In this document: in pieces, positions 27,078-37,885 of the stretch
How the letters are laid out: every line of letters begins with the position of its first letter
Position numbering within the stretch: position 1 is the first letter of the stretch
Assembly: GCA_947577025.1 (NCBI GenBank)
Contig: CANPTO010000005.1
Span: 31,048-95,047 of the forward strand
Source of the DNA: an uncultured Clostridiaceae bacterium
Lineage (GTDB): Bacteria; Bacillota; Clostridia; TANB77; CAG-508
DNA: 64,000 bases
Reading direction: 5' to 3'
Position numbers and translations under genes: made by a program
The notes under the pieces: generated by a model
The model's database searches: none
The model's input: the letters and a program-made list of their open reading frames with translations, nothing else
Told to the model about the DNA's origin: nothing

Positions 27078-27493
27078 TTAATTGTAAAATATTCTATCTT
27101 TATAAAATTGTATTTGCTCTACAATATGCCCTATATTACCTTCTCCTGCATATTTATCAGTATCAAAAAAGTTCTCATTTTTATCTATCCAATATAATTT
27201 ATTAACTTCTTCTACTAATTCTACATTTTTATTTAATTTACCTACATATACTTCTAGTTCTATATTTGACATTTTATATTGAAAATTCATTAAATGAGTT
27301 AGCTGTATATCTTCTTTTGTTATTCCTGTTTCTTCGCGCAATTCTCTATATGCTGCGTTTAATTCATTTTCATTTTGTTCTACTTTTCCTCCAACTAAAT
27401 TAAACTTTCCTTTATATAGTTTTTTTCTCTTTTACACATAAGTATTTTATTTTCTTCTTTATTATAAACTAATACTATATTAAGTTTCTTCAT
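27078..27493 (-). pseudogene. NUDIX hydrolase with a frameshift in an A7 homopolymer
   Basis: MKKLNIVLVYNKEENKILMCKREK then a shift at the T7 run 27420-27426. With one extra A the frame reads ...KLYKGKFNLVGGKVEQNENELNAAYRELREETGI (Nudix box) into ORF 27078-27341. Confidence 0.7.
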
Positions 27494-27508
27494 TTATTAT
27501 TTTCCTCT

Positions 27509-28204
27509 CTATTTTTTCCACACTCTATGTATATTTTCTTTTTCCTTTTCTTTTAGACATTTAAACATATCTATATCTAACCTATTGCACACTGAAGCTA
27601 GTACATATAAACAGTCTGATACTTCGCTTTCTATTGAGTCATAGCTATATTGCTTGTTTACATCTGTACTCATATTTGTTGCATTTTTTCTTATTGATTT
27701 TGCAAGTTCTCCTATTTCTTCTGTTAGTAGTAACATTCTTTCTTCAATAGGTTGGTCTTCAAAACCTCTTACTGTATTTACTGCTTTTATATATTGTTGA
27801 ACCTCTCTTAAACTATCTGTTTCTTGTAATTTTTCCCATAATGCTTGTTGTTTGTTTTCTTTATTTTTGTCTTCTATTTCATTATTATTTTCTTCTTCAA
27901 CTTCTACCAAATATGCTTTTTCTTCAAAACCACCTTTTTTATCTTTCTTCTCTAAGCGTATCTTTTCTATTTCTTCGTTTTTTAAGTTATGACTCTTCTT
28001 AATCGCTTCTACTACTTCTATTAAGTCTGCCATTTCTTCTGGGCTATGGTCTGCTATAAATTCATTTGCTTCTTCTAATAATTTCTTATCTAATTCTTTT
28101 TTATATTCTTCCTCATTTAACACATAATAATGGCATTTCTTACCTAATGCTTCTATATTTTGTGGTATTTTATCTCTTACTAGTTTGTTATATTTATAAA
28201 TCAT
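27509..28204 (-). CDS. MazG-like nucleotide pyrophosphohydrolase (two MazG-type helical modules)
   Basis: 231-aa ORF. N-terminus YNKLVRDKIPQNI...EEANEF...EEMADLIEV and second module LLLTEEIGELAKSIRK...EVSDCLYVL. Confidence 0.65.
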   Translation of the reverse strand: MIYKYNKLVRDKIPQNIEALGKKCHYYVLNEEEYKKELDKKLLEEANEFIADHSPEEMADLIEVVEAIKKSHNLKNEEIEKIRLEKKDKKGGFEEKAYLVEVEEENNNEIEDKNKENKQQALWEKLQETDSLREVQQYIKAVNTVRGFEDQPIEERMLLLTEEIGELAKSIRKNATNMSTDVNKQYSYDSIESEVSDCLYVLASVCNRLDIDMFKCLKEKEKENIHRVWKK

Positions 28205-28274
28205 TTATTTTTCCTCCATCATTAGTATTATATTGTATAAAAATAAAAAAGTCAATATTTTTGCGAATTTTTGT

Positions 28275-28303
28275 TTGACATTTCAAATTAATTATGTTAT
28301 ATT
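28275..28303 (+). promoter_or_regulatory. Sigma-A-type promoter candidate for the radical-SAM operon
   Basis: TTGACA (28275-28280), 17-nt spacer, TATATT (28298-28303). This would give a ~270-nt leader. Confidence 0.4.
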
Positions 28304-28573
28304 ATTTATACAAACGTTTGAGCGTTTTATAGAACTTTGTTTTTGTCATAGTTCAAAAGTATCTTTGCCACATAGCTCATCCTTTAGTAGTTCCCTACAA
28401 CGTGAAATGTATTCTAAAAATAGATTTTTCTTTTGAAAATAAAAGCTATTTATTTTCACTTTTGGTTAGCGAAAGCAAAAGTTCCATAGTATTTCCTATC
28501 CAAGAACAAAAGTCGAGTTGTTTGGTGGATTACTACGTTCTGCACTACATATATAAAAAGAAAGGTGAATTTT

Positions 28574-29913
28574 ATGGATATTTTAGAAAAACTTACAATA
28601 CTTGCAGATTCTGCTAAATATGATGCTTCTTGTAGTTCTTCAGGAAGCAGACGTGCAAATACAAAAGGTGGCATTGGAAATGGAGATGTTTCTGGCATTT
28701 GTCATAGTTGGGGGGCAGATGGCAGGTGTATTTCTCTTCTTAAAATTTTGATGAGTAACGCTTGTATTTATGATTGCAAGTATTGTATTAATAGGTGCAG
28801 CAATACTGTTAAAAGAGCTACTTTTACCCCAAGGGAAATTGCTGATTTAACAATTCAGTTTTATAAGCGTAATTATATAGAAGGGTTATTTTTAAGTTCT
28901 GCTGTTATAAAAAATCCAGATTTTACTATGGAAAGGTTATACGAAACTGTATTTATTTTAAGAGAAGAATATAAATTTAATCGGCTACATTCATGTAAAA
29001 ACTATTCCACGGTTCAAGTAAGGAACTTATTGATAAATTAGGTGTTTTGGTTGATAGAACTAGTATTAATATTGAGCTTCCTTCTAATGATAGTTTAAAA
29101 TTACTAGCTCCTCAAAAAGAAAAGGCTGGTATTGTTACTCCAATGAAGTATATTTCCAAAAATATTGCAATTTCTAAACAAGAAAAGTCAATATATAAAG
29201 AAAAATTTGTACCTGCTGGGCAAACAACTCAGTTAATTGTAGGTGCAACTCCTGAAACAGATTTAAAAATTATGAAGCTATCTGAAAGTTTATATAATAG
29301 CCTAAATTTAAAACGTGTATATTACTCAGCTTATGTTTCTGTTAATAATGATAAAAACTTGCCTACATTGGATGTCCCTCCTCTTCTTCGTGAAAATAGG
29401 TTATACCAAGCAGATTGGCTTTTACGCTTTTATGGTTTTAAAATTGATGATTTATTAGATGAAAGTCACCCTAATTTTCATACATTGTTAGACCCTAAGT
29501 GTGACTGGGCTCTTCGTCATTTGGAAAACTTCCCTGTTGAAATAAATAAGGCAGACTACAATACACTTTTAAAAGTTCCTGGTATTGGTGTTATTTCCGC
29601 TAAACGTATTATTACTGCTAGAAGAGAATTTAATTTAAACTTTGAGAACTTAAAAAAACTTGGAATTGTGCTTAAACGTGCTCGTTATTTTATTACATGT
29701 GATGGAAAATATTTTGACCCTATAAAAAGTTTTAATCAGAACTTTATTTCTGAAAATTTACTTTTTTTAGAAAGATTATCCACACATCAATCAAGTTATG
29801 TGCAAACTTCACTTTTTGATACTTTGCCTAAGGCACAAGAACTTTCTTATAATTTTAATAAACTTTTACCCACAAAGGAGGACAAACAAAAATGTTTAAC
29901 TGGAATATTATAA
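28574..29913 (+). pseudogene. Putative DNA modification/repair radical SAM protein (TIGR03916-like), broken by two closely spaced +1 frameshifts
   Basis: N-terminal part has KYDASCSSSG and the CIYDCKYCINR radical-SAM cluster. The expected continuation ...FNGYIHVKTIPGSSKELIDKLGVLVDRTSINIELP needs one base removed near 28982 and another near 29010. Confidence 0.75.
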
Positions 29914-30650
29914 ATAAAACATATGTATATGATGGTACTTTTGAAGGTCTGCTTAGTATGGTTTTCGATTGTTATATAAAAAAAGTAATCCCTTTAAGGA
30001 TTGTTTCTAAAAATAGATTAGAAATTAATTTTCTAGATACCATAGAAGAAATTAAAACAGATAATATAAAAGCCAAAAGAATTTTTGATGGAATTCATAA
30101 AAGCATCTCTTATAATACTTTATATAATAGTTATTATGCTTTTCTTTCAGATGGTAACGACAAAGAACTAAACATATTAAAATATATTTTAAATGGCTTT
30201 GTAATTGGTCCTAAAATAGATACTATGCTCTCATTAGATTTTGTTTTTGCAGTATGTTCAATGCGTAAAAGAATGTTAGGGGAAGCTCATCGTTTTAAAG
30301 GTCTACTTCGATTTTCTGAAATTGGTAACAATTTATTTTATGCATCTATTCATCCAGATAATAATATAATAGAAAATTTAGGTCAACATTTTATACGAAG
30401 ATTACCTACTCAAAATTTTATTATACATGACAAAAATAGAAATATTGCATTTTTATATAATACTAAAGAATATAAAATTATTGATAGCTCTTTACTTACT
30501 GTACCAGATATTTCAGAAAACGAAAAAAAATATCAAGAATTATGGACAATATTTTTTAAGACAATTGCTATTAAAGAGCGAACTAACTCAAAGCTTCAAA
30601 TGCAATATATGCCTAAAAAGTATTGGGAGGATTTAATGGAATTACATTAA
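29892..30650 (+). CDS. TIGR03915-like 'probable DNA metabolism protein', usual partner of the radical SAM gene
   Basis: 252-aa ORF. YVYDGTFEGLLSMVFDCY N-terminus and ...HRFKGLLRF...IHPDNNIIE pattern. Overlaps the end of the upstream gene. Confidence 0.75.
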   Translation: MFNWNIINKTYVYDGTFEGLLSMVFDCYIKKVIPLRIVSKNRLEINFLDTIEEIKTDNIKAKRIFDGIHKSISYNTLYNSYYAFLSDGNDKELNILKYILNGFVIGPKIDTMLSLDFVFAVCSMRKRMLGEAHRFKGLLRFSEIGNNLFYASIHPDNNIIENLGQHFIRRLPTQNFIIHDKNRNIAFLYNTKEYKIIDSSLLTVPDISENEKKYQELWTIFFKTIAIKERTNSKLQMQYMPKKYWEDLMELH

Positions 30651-30807
30651 AATATATTAAATAAAAATTTTTTAATTATTAAACTATAGTTCTATATTGA
30701 CCTATAGCTATCTGTAAACTTTACCATATTCATGCTATATTTACTAAAAGGTTAATTGTTTATAACAATTTTGTATTGTTAAATTTCACATAGCATATAT
30801 AAAGGGA

Positions 30808-31182
30808 ATGGTGGTAATAATGGCAATAGATTTTAGTATTATAGGAAAACGTTTAAAACAAGCTAGAAAGGAAAAAGGTCTAACTCAAGAGCAATTAGTA
30901 GAAAAAATGGGAGTTTCTATAGCTTATCTTAGTAAAGTTGAGACTGGAAAAATTCATATTAATTTAGAACGATTATCTCAAATATGTGAAATTTTAAATA
31001 TATCTGAAGGTAAAATACTTAATGGAACTTCTAATAGTTCTGAAATGTATCTAAATTCTGAGTTTAATTCTCTACTTAAAAAGTGTTCTTCTAAACAACT
31101 AAAACTAGCTTATAAAATTTTACGGTTCTATTTTAGAGGAGAATATTTGAAATTATCTATATTTTTAGCTGAAGAGACATGA
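30808..31182 (+). CDS. XRE-family helix-turn-helix transcriptional regulator
   Basis: 124-aa ORF. IGKRLKQARKEKGLTQEQLVEKMGVSIAYLSKVETGK. The start may be the ATG at 30820. Confidence 0.85.
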   Translation: MVVIMAIDFSIIGKRLKQARKEKGLTQEQLVEKMGVSIAYLSKVETGKIHINLERLSQICEILNISEGKILNGTSNSSEMYLNSEFNSLLKKCSSKQLKLAYKILRFYFRGEYLKLSIFLAEET

Positions 31183-31192
31183 TGTCACACTT

Positions 31193-31230
31193 AAAAAAAT
31201 GCACAGGAATATCGTTCCTGTGCATTAATA
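31193..31230. terminator. Bidirectional terminator between convergent genes
   Basis: Stem TGCACAGGAA (31200-31209) / TTCCTGTGCA (31215-31224), flanked by an A-run and T-rich sequence. Confidence 0.6.
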
Positions 31231-31244
31231 GATTTTGCCTAAAA

Positions 31245-32495
31245 CTAATATCTTGCATATTTTACAAAAAACATGCGTATCTGCTCTTGTATTTCTTCTG
31301 ACATTTTAATGTTATATATTTCATTTACTAGCCATATTTTGTACTGGTTTATCTCTTGTGCTGAATATTCATTTTCTTTTTTTATTATCCTATAAACGTA
31401 TATTTCTAAATTATTTTGCTTTTTATTGTATTTTGATATATACAGTAAATCTCCCTCTGCATAATGCTGAGTTTTTATTGATTTTCCCTGTCGTTCCACA
31501 TTTATATACACAAAGCTGTCTCTATTTTTTTCTACATTTATCCATCTATGCTGAAAGTAAATTCGTGGTCCATTGCCACTATGTTTTTCTTTTGGCTGTA
31601 ACAAATTCCCTGCATTTTTCATTACTTCTTTTGGAAACTTATTTGTTAAATCCTTTATTGTATCTAAATTTACATTTGCACTTCCTATTTCTGCTGCATA
31701 AAAAGATGCTGCTATATTTTCTATTTTGTACTTTACAATTATAACTCTCTCATTTCTCTTCTTTAGTTTTATAACATAGTCTCCTATTTCAAGTTTTATT
31801 TTATCATTAGAGTTATCATTTATTACATTTCCGTTTCTAAGTACTAAATTAACTTTTCCTGTTTCTTTACTATCAATATATAAATTTCCATTTATATATT
31901 CAGTACCATGTATGTTTACTGATGTATTTTTTACTTTGGCAGTTTTCTCTTGCTCTGTTATTGCCTCTTGTTTATTACTGCTTTCACTGTTTGTGGATGT
32001 CTTCTTATTTTCTATCGTTCTTTTTGGGAAAATGTATGGAATATTATAAGCTTTTGCTGTATTACATAAGTTGTTATCACATGTAAGAATTATAATGCCT
32101 TTATGTTCTTTACAATAATCAATAATATTATCATCTTGATATTTATATTTTGTATATCCATTTATACATTGGTATTTTTGTTTTTTATTAATCTTTTTTT
32201 CGTAACCTGCTACACATTGGTATTTCTCCCCATTTTGGTCTATTCTGCTCTCTCGTCCAACTTTTCTTATATTATTTCCTAAAATTCCTTTAGCATCTTT
32301 ATGATCATCCAGCTCCTTTATAGTACCTGTAAGAAGTATTATTTTCGATGCTTTTTCTATAATTTGCATAGTTTCATTTGAGTGCAATGCACACACATCT
32401 AAAATGTATTCCCGTCCTTGTACTCCTTTACTTTCTGGTTCTACCTGTTCATCTTTTTTATTTAACATTTCTAATACTTTGTTTAAGAATTTCAT
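31245..32495 (-). CDS. PIN-domain protein with an inserted Cys-containing duplication and two C-terminal barrel-like repeats
   Basis: 416-aa ORF. PIN-like acidic positions in YILDVCAL, LTGTIKELDD and IILTCDNNLCNTAKAYNIPYIF. C-terminal repeats KLEIGDYVIKLKKRNERVIIVKYKI and YAEGDLLYISKYNKKQNNLEIYVYRI. Confidence 0.6.
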   Translation of the reverse strand: MKFLNKVLEMLNKKDEQVEPESKGVQGREYILDVCALHSNETMQIIEKASKIILLTGTIKELDDHKDAKGILGNNIRKVGRESRIDQNGEKYQCVAGYEKKINKKQKYQCINGYTKYKYQDDNIIDYCKEHKGIIILTCDNNLCNTAKAYNIPYIFPKRTIENKKTSTNSESSNKQEAITEQEKTAKVKNTSVNIHGTEYINGNLYIDSKETGKVNLVLRNGNVINDNSNDKIKLEIGDYVIKLKKRNERVIIVKYKIENIAASFYAAEIGSANVNLDTIKDLTNKFPKEVMKNAGNLLQPKEKHSGNGPRIYFQHRWINVEKNRDSFVYINVERQGKSIKTQHYAEGDLLYISKYNKKQNNLEIYVYRIIKKENEYSAQEINQYKIWLVNEIYNIKMSEEIQEQIRMFFVKYARY

Positions 32496-32751
32496 ATGTC
32501 ATCCTCCTTTTGCCATTTTTTAATATTTTGTTTTAGACAACCTCTACCCTCCTTTTTTATTATCAATTATGATGTTATTTATAAACTATGATGTTGCTAT
32601 TATACTACAAATCAACATAATTGTAAACTTTTAATCATTTTTTTATAAATTTTTATAGTTTTCTAATATTTATTTTATAAATCATAATAAAAATTTACAA
32701 AATTTTATTAAATGTAAAGTTACTATTTACAGTTTTAAGGTATTTTATTTC

Positions 32752-32900
32752 TATAAGGGACCAAATTGGTAGGTGACACCTCTTTGGGAATAACCAATTT
32801 CGTCCTTAGATAATTTAAACATTTATATTAATTTTAAATATACGTTTAGGGCGTAACTTATGTAAATCCTTGCAGGTATTCCTATTAGATATAAGCCCAC
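32752..32900. repeat. ~140-nt palindromic intergenic element, copy A (more degenerate)
   Basis: Aligns with the reverse complement of 42166-42313, e.g. CCTCTTTGGGAATA.C.AATTTCG.CCTT.GATAATTT...TTTTAAATATACGTTTAGG.CGTAA...CAGGTATTCCTA. Confidence 0.8.
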
Positions 32901-33035
32901 TAAATTATTTAGTAGCGGTGAATTGTATCAGTGTAAAAAGTGAGTACAAATTTTAATCTGAAAATTATTGAAAATTAAACTAAACTATGTTAGTATTAAA
33001 AATGATAGAATAATATTTAAAGGAGGTTTTTATCC

Positions 33036-35270
33036 ATGAATTTTAAAGAGTGGGAAAATTTTAATAAAATTGGCGAATGGACTAAAGAAATTGATGTTAG
33101 AGGTTTCATTCAGGCAAACTACACTCCATATGAAGGTGATGATTCTTTTTTAGCAAATGCTACTGAAAGAACAAATAAACTATGGAATGAAGTTTTAGAA
33201 CTTTATAAAAAAGAAAGAGAAAATGGTGTATTAGATGTTGATACCAAAACTCCTTCTAGCGTAAATGCATATGATGCTGGTTATATTAATAAAGAATTAG
33301 AACAAATAGTAGGTCTTCAAACAGACGCACCACTAAAGAGAGCAATTATGCCAAATGGTGGTATTAAAATAGTTGAAAAATCTTGTGAATCTTATGGTTA
33401 TAAGGTAGATGAGGAAACTGACTACATTTATAATAATTTAAGAAGAACTCATAATGATGGTGTATTTAGTGTATATACACCTGACATTAGGCTTGCTAGA
33501 AGCTCACACTTAATAACAGGTCTTCCTGATGGATATGGACGTGGAAGAATTATTGGTGATTACAGACGTATCGCTTTATATGGAGTGGACGCTTTAATTA
33601 GTGAGAAAAAGAAAGATTTAGAAGTATTAGATGTAGATGAATTTACTGAAAATGTAATTCGCGAACGTGAAGAAATTCATGACCAAATTATTGCATTAGA
33701 AGATTTAAAGAAAATGGCTGCAAAATATGGTTTCGACATATCAGTTCCAGCTTCAAATGCTAAAGAAGCTGTTCAATGGTTATACTTTGGCTACTTAGCT
33801 GCAACAAAAGACCAAAATGGTGCTGCTATGAGTTTAGGTAGAACTTCTACTTTCTTAGATATTTATATTGAAAGAGATTTAAAAAATGGAAGTTTAACTG
33901 AGGAAGAAGCACAAGAATTAATGGATCACTTTGTTATGAAATTACGTATGATTCGTTTCTTACGTGCTCCAGAATATAATGAACTATTTAGCGGAGACCC
34001 TGTTTGGGTAACAGAAAGCATTGGTGGTATGGGAGTTGATGGAAGAACTTTAGTTACTAAAAACTCTTACAGAGTTCTTCATACATTAGTTAACCTAGGA
34101 CCTGCTCCAGAACCAAACTTAACAGTTTTATGGTCAAAAGATTTACCAGAAAACTTCAAAAAATACACATCAAAAATATCAATTCAAACTTCTTCTATTC
34201 AATACGAAAATGATGACTTAATGAGAACTACTGTTGGAGATGACTATGGAATTGCTTGCTGTGTATCTGCTATGAAAATTGGTAAACAAATGCAATTCTT
34301 TGGTGCAAGAGCAAACTTAGCAAAAGCTTTACTATATGCTATTAATGGTGGTAGAGATGAAAACAGCGGAAAACAAATTACACCTAAGTTTGAACCTATA
34401 ACTTCAGAATACTTAAATTATGAAGAAGTTGCTGAAAAATTTGATAACATGATGGATTATGTAGCAAAAATTTATATTAAAGCATTAAATGCTATTCACT
34501 ATATGCATGACAAATATTCATATGAAGCATTAGAGATGGCTCTACATGATAAAGAAATATTAAGAACAATGGCATGTGGAATTGCTGGACTTTCAGTAGT
34601 AGCAGATTCACTTTCTGCAATAAAATATGCAAAAGTAAAAGTTATTCGTGATGAAACAGGCTTAGCAGTAGACTATGAAATAGAAGGAGATTTCCCAAAA
34701 TACGGAAATGATGATGACCGTGTAGATGAAATTGCAGTAGAGGTTGTAAAAACATTTTTACGTAAGTTACAAAAACATGTTACTTATAGAAATTCAAAAC
34801 ATACATTATCAGTACTTACTATTACATCAAACGTAGTTTATGGAAAAGCAACAGGAAATACACCAGATGGAAGAAGAGCTGGAGTTCCTTTTGGACCAGG
34901 TGCAAACCCATTACATGGTAGAGATACAAATGGAGCAGTTGCCGTAATGAACACAATTGCAAAATTACCATATGAATATTCAGAAGATGGAATATCATAC
35001 ACATTCTCAATTACACCAGGAACACTTGGAAAAGAGTTAGATACACAAGTAGATAACTTAGTAAGTTTATTAGATGGATACTTTAAACAAACTGGACACC
35101 ACATAAATGTTAACGTATTTGATAGGGCCTTACTAGAAGACGCAATGGAACACCCAGAAAAATACCCACAACTAACAATTCGTGTATCTGGTTATGCAGT
35201 AAACTTTATAAAATTAACTAGAGAACAACAATTAGATGTTATTAATAGAACTATACATGAGAAATTTTAA
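33036..35270 (+). CDS. pflB: Formate C-acetyltransferase (pyruvate formate-lyase)
   Basis: 744-aa ORF. Active-site ...GIACCVSAM... and glycyl-radical motif [11 protein letters not shown] near the C-terminus. RBS AAAGGAGG upstream. Confidence 0.97.
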   Translation: MNFKEWENFNKIGEWTKEIDVRGFIQANYTPYEGDDSFLANATERTNKLWNEVLELYKKERENGVLDVDTKTPSSVNAYDAGYINKELEQIVGLQTDAPLKRAIMPNGGIKIVEKSCESYGYKVDEETDYIYNNLRRTHNDGVFSVYTPDIRLARSSHLITGLPDGYGRGRIIGDYRRIALYGVDALISEKKKDLEVLDVDEFTENVIREREEIHDQIIALEDLKKMAAKYGFDISVPASNAKEAVQWLYFGYLAATKDQNGAAMSLGRTSTFLDIYIERDLKNGSLTEEEAQELMDHFVMKLRMIRFLRAPEYNELFSGDPVWVTESIGGMGVDGRTLVTKNSYRVLHTLVNLGPAPEPNLTVLWSKDLPENFKKYTSKISIQTSSIQYENDDLMRTTVGDDYGIACCVSAMKIGKQMQFFGARANLAKALLYAINGGRDENSGKQITPKFEPITSEYLNYEEVAEKFDNMMDYVAKIYIKALNAIHYMHDKYSYEALEMALHDKEILRTMACGIAGLSVVADSLSAIKYAKVKVIRDETGLAVDYEIEGDFPKYGNDDDRVDEIAVEVVKTFLRKLQKHVTYRNSKHTLSVLTITSNVVYGKATGNTPDGRRAGVPFGPGANPLHGRDTNGAVAVMNTIAKLPYEYSEDGISYTFSITPGTLGKELDTQVDNLVSLLDGYFKQTGHHINVNVFDRALLEDAMEHPEKYPQLTIRVSGYAVNFIKLTREQQLDVINRTIHEKF

Positions 35271-35274
35271 AAAA

Positions 35275-35310
35275 TACCAAGACTTCAAACTGAAGTCTTG
35301 GTATTTTTTG
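35275..35310 (+). terminator. pflB rho-independent terminator
   Basis: TACCAAGACTTCA-AAC-TGAAGTCTTGGTA followed by TTTTTT. Confidence 0.85.
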
Positions 35311-35530
35311 GCTCATAAATTTTAATCTTCACAAAGTGCATATGGCAAATGCCCCTAAAAAATAAAAGAAAGTTGCCATTACAATATCAAATGAAATAGG
35401 ACATAAATATTTCATTACTATTGCTACTATTGCATATCCTATTGTAAGTTTTATCACTTTCTTAATCCGTTCTTTCTTAAGCTTTTTTCCTCCATGATAA
35501 TTACTTCTTTATGATAATATTCAATTTTTA

Positions 35531-35908
35531 TTATTTTTTAGAATACTTATCTTTAAGATATGCTTCGGCTGAATACTGTTTTAATTCTCCTATTTTCGGA
35601 TGCGAATGTAATTCAATCTCAAAATCATTGAATAAACTCTCTTTTGAAAATTTCCCTGCAAATCTACAAAAGATCTCTCCTTCATCATTTAAAATTAAAA
35701 CTGTGCAATCTTCAAAATCAGTTTCTTCAACTTCAAACCTTGCACTAGGAGTCAAAACCCACTCTCCATAGTGCATATCATGCCAGTCATGAGCTAAAAC
35801 TACCTCTACTGCCTTTTCGCAAGCTGCTAACATTTTTTCATCTTTTGCTTCCTCTACTTGCCAATAAGTTACGAAACCATCTGTGTCATAAATATTGTTT
35901 TTTTCCAT
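35531..35908 (-). CDS. Hypothetical acidic 125-aa protein
   Basis: ORF with RBS GGAGGT upstream. No motif recognised. Confidence 0.45.
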   Translation of the reverse strand: MEKNNIYDTDGFVTYWQVEEAKDEKMLAACEKAVEVVLAHDWHDMHYGEWVLTPSARFEVEETDFEDCTVLILNDEGEIFCRFAGKFSKESLFNDFEIELHSHPKIGELKQYSAEAYLKDKYSKK

Positions 35909-36043
35909 ATTTTTTACCTCCTACCATTTGGTTTTGTATTGTTAATAAGTTACTATTATCTATATTAACCTGCTAAATATTGCATACAGGAGATTTTTCT
36001 ATAAAATTCATATTATATATTAACATAATTTTTTTTTATAATA

Positions 36044-37024
36044 TCAACCCATTTTGCTTATTTTCTTTAAATATTCCCTATCTTCTATTTTAGAAATTGC
36101 AAAACATTTCTTGCCTAGGTCTTTTAGTCAGGCTCCTATGTGGTATAGTTCTTTATTATCTATTATCATAAATCTATCGTGGAATTTATTTGTTTTCGCT
36201 AATTTTAGAGTAGGATATTCTTTATTGAATTTTTGCATATCTAGTTTTGATATATTGCTTTTCTCTGATGTTAATATCACCACTTCTACATTTTTATTTT
36301 TCTTTGCAAGCATTTTTAATATTGTGTCATCTATGTAATTATCTATAATTAATATTTTTTCTTGGGCTGTTTTTATGATGTCTATTATTAAACTATAGCT
36401 ATCATATATTTGGCCATTAAAGAAAATTTGTTGTTTAAATTCTTCGTCTTTATTCTTTTGTAGTTCATTAAATACTTCGTCAAACTTCTTGTCATGTTCT
36501 AGCATTTTGTATTCTACATTTGTTAGCCTTTCAAATACTTGTCCATTATTTAGTATAAACTTTCGCATTTCTACGAATGCATTCATAATGTTTATACTTA
36601 CTTGAATGGCTATATCATTTTTTAGTAATCCAGATAACATAGCTATTCCTTGTTCTGTAAAAGCATATGGTAAATACTTTTTATTTCTAAATTTGTTATC
36701 TAATGCTTTTGATGTGGTCACAGATTGTGACCACATATTTTCTATTTTTTCTGAGGCGGTCGCAAATTGCGACCACATACTTTCTACTTCATTTTCTGAT
36801 AATTGAAAGCAAAAATTTTCTGGAAATCTTTCTTGATTTCTTCTTACTGCTTCGTTTATTCTTTTAGTTGGATAATGATATAATCTCGCTACATCACTAT
36901 CTAACATTACTTGCTTTCCTCTAATTGTATAAATCAAATTTCTAATATTCTCTGTTTCATATTCTACTACATTTAATTCTTCGTTTACTGGCGCAATATT
37001 ATTTTCTTCATTCATAATTATCAC
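36044..37024 (-). pseudogene. ORF6N (KilA-N-related) domain protein with an in-frame TGA 28 codons before the natural end
   Basis: N-terminal IRNLIYTIRGKQVMLDSDVARLYHYPTKRINEAVRRNQERFPENFCFQL (ORF6N). The frame reads ...ELYHIGA*LKDLGKKCFAISKIEDREYLKKISKMG*, with the TGA at 36130-36128. Confidence 0.7.
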
Positions 37025-37149
37025 ATCCTATTTCAAAGTTTTATTTATTATAGAACATTTGTTTTTAATTGTCAATATTTATTTTTATTTTTGTTGAATT
37101 TTGTATTTTTTTATAGTAAAATTAATCTATACTTTATTAGGAGGAGATT

Positions 37150-37857
37150 ATGAAAGCACGAATTCATTCATTTGAAAGTTTAGGAGCAGTTGATGGGCCA
37201 GGGGTTCGCTTTGTTATTTTTATGCAAGGTTGCTCTTTAAAATGTAAATATTGTCAAAATAGAGATACTTGGGATATTCATGGTGGACAAGAATATTCAG
37301 TAGATGAAATATTGGAGAAAATTTTAAGATTTAAAAATTATATTATGCCTAATGGCGGTGTTACTATTAGTGGTGGTGAACCTCTTCTTCAGGCTAAATT
37401 TTTAATAGAGTTATTTACTAAATTAAAAGAACATAACATTCATACTTGTATTGATACTTCTGGCTCTTTCAATATAACAGATGATATAAAAAAATTAATC
37501 GATTTAACAGATTTATTTTTATTAGATATTAAATGTATAAATGATGAAAAATGTATAGAATTAACTGGTGTTTCAAATAGAAAAGAACTTATCTTTGCAA
37601 AATATTTAAGTGACAATAATAAACCTCTATGGATTAGGCAAGTTTTAGTACCTGGAATTACTGATGATGAGCAAGATTTGCTTGAACTTAAAAATCTTAT
37701 TTCTAGTTTAAAAACAGTAGAAAAAGTAGAAATTCTTCCTTATCATGATTTAGGTAAGTTTAAGTGGGAGCAACTTGATTTGAGGTATCCTTTAGAAGGA
37801 TTTAGAACTGCTGGCAGTGAAGATGTAAAGAGAGCTAAGGATATATTAGGAATATAA
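37150..37857 (+). CDS. pflA: Pyruvate formate-lyase activating enzyme (radical SAM)
   Basis: 235-aa ORF. IHSFESLGAVDGPGVRFVIFMQGCSLKCKYCQNRDTW and GGVTISGGEPLLQ. Confidence 0.95.
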   Translation: MKARIHSFESLGAVDGPGVRFVIFMQGCSLKCKYCQNRDTWDIHGGQEYSVDEILEKILRFKNYIMPNGGVTISGGEPLLQAKFLIELFTKLKEHNIHTCIDTSGSFNITDDIKKLIDLTDLFLLDIKCINDEKCIELTGVSNRKELIFAKYLSDNNKPLWIRQVLVPGITDDEQDLLELKNLISSLKTVEKVEILPYHDLGKFKWEQLDLRYPLEGFRTAGSEDVKRAKDILGI

Positions 37858-37885
37858 AAGGGGCTGTAAAAAAAGGAAAGATTTA

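Noticed and set aside
28304-28573. T-box leader, LexA/Cheo box or riboswitch in the radical-SAM leader. Also the ORFs 28402-28617 (+) and 28456-28698 (-).
   Set aside because: GGTGGATTACTACG only loosely resembles the T-box GGTGGTACCGCG, and no terminator/antiterminator follows it. The best GAAC-N4-GTTC candidates (GAACTTTGTTTT, GAACAAAAGTCG) miss two or more consensus bases. The ORFs lack an RBS and overlap the real gene start.
34822-35104. Two minus-strand ORFs inside pflB.
   Set aside because: They are embedded antisense in an unambiguous pflB coding region.
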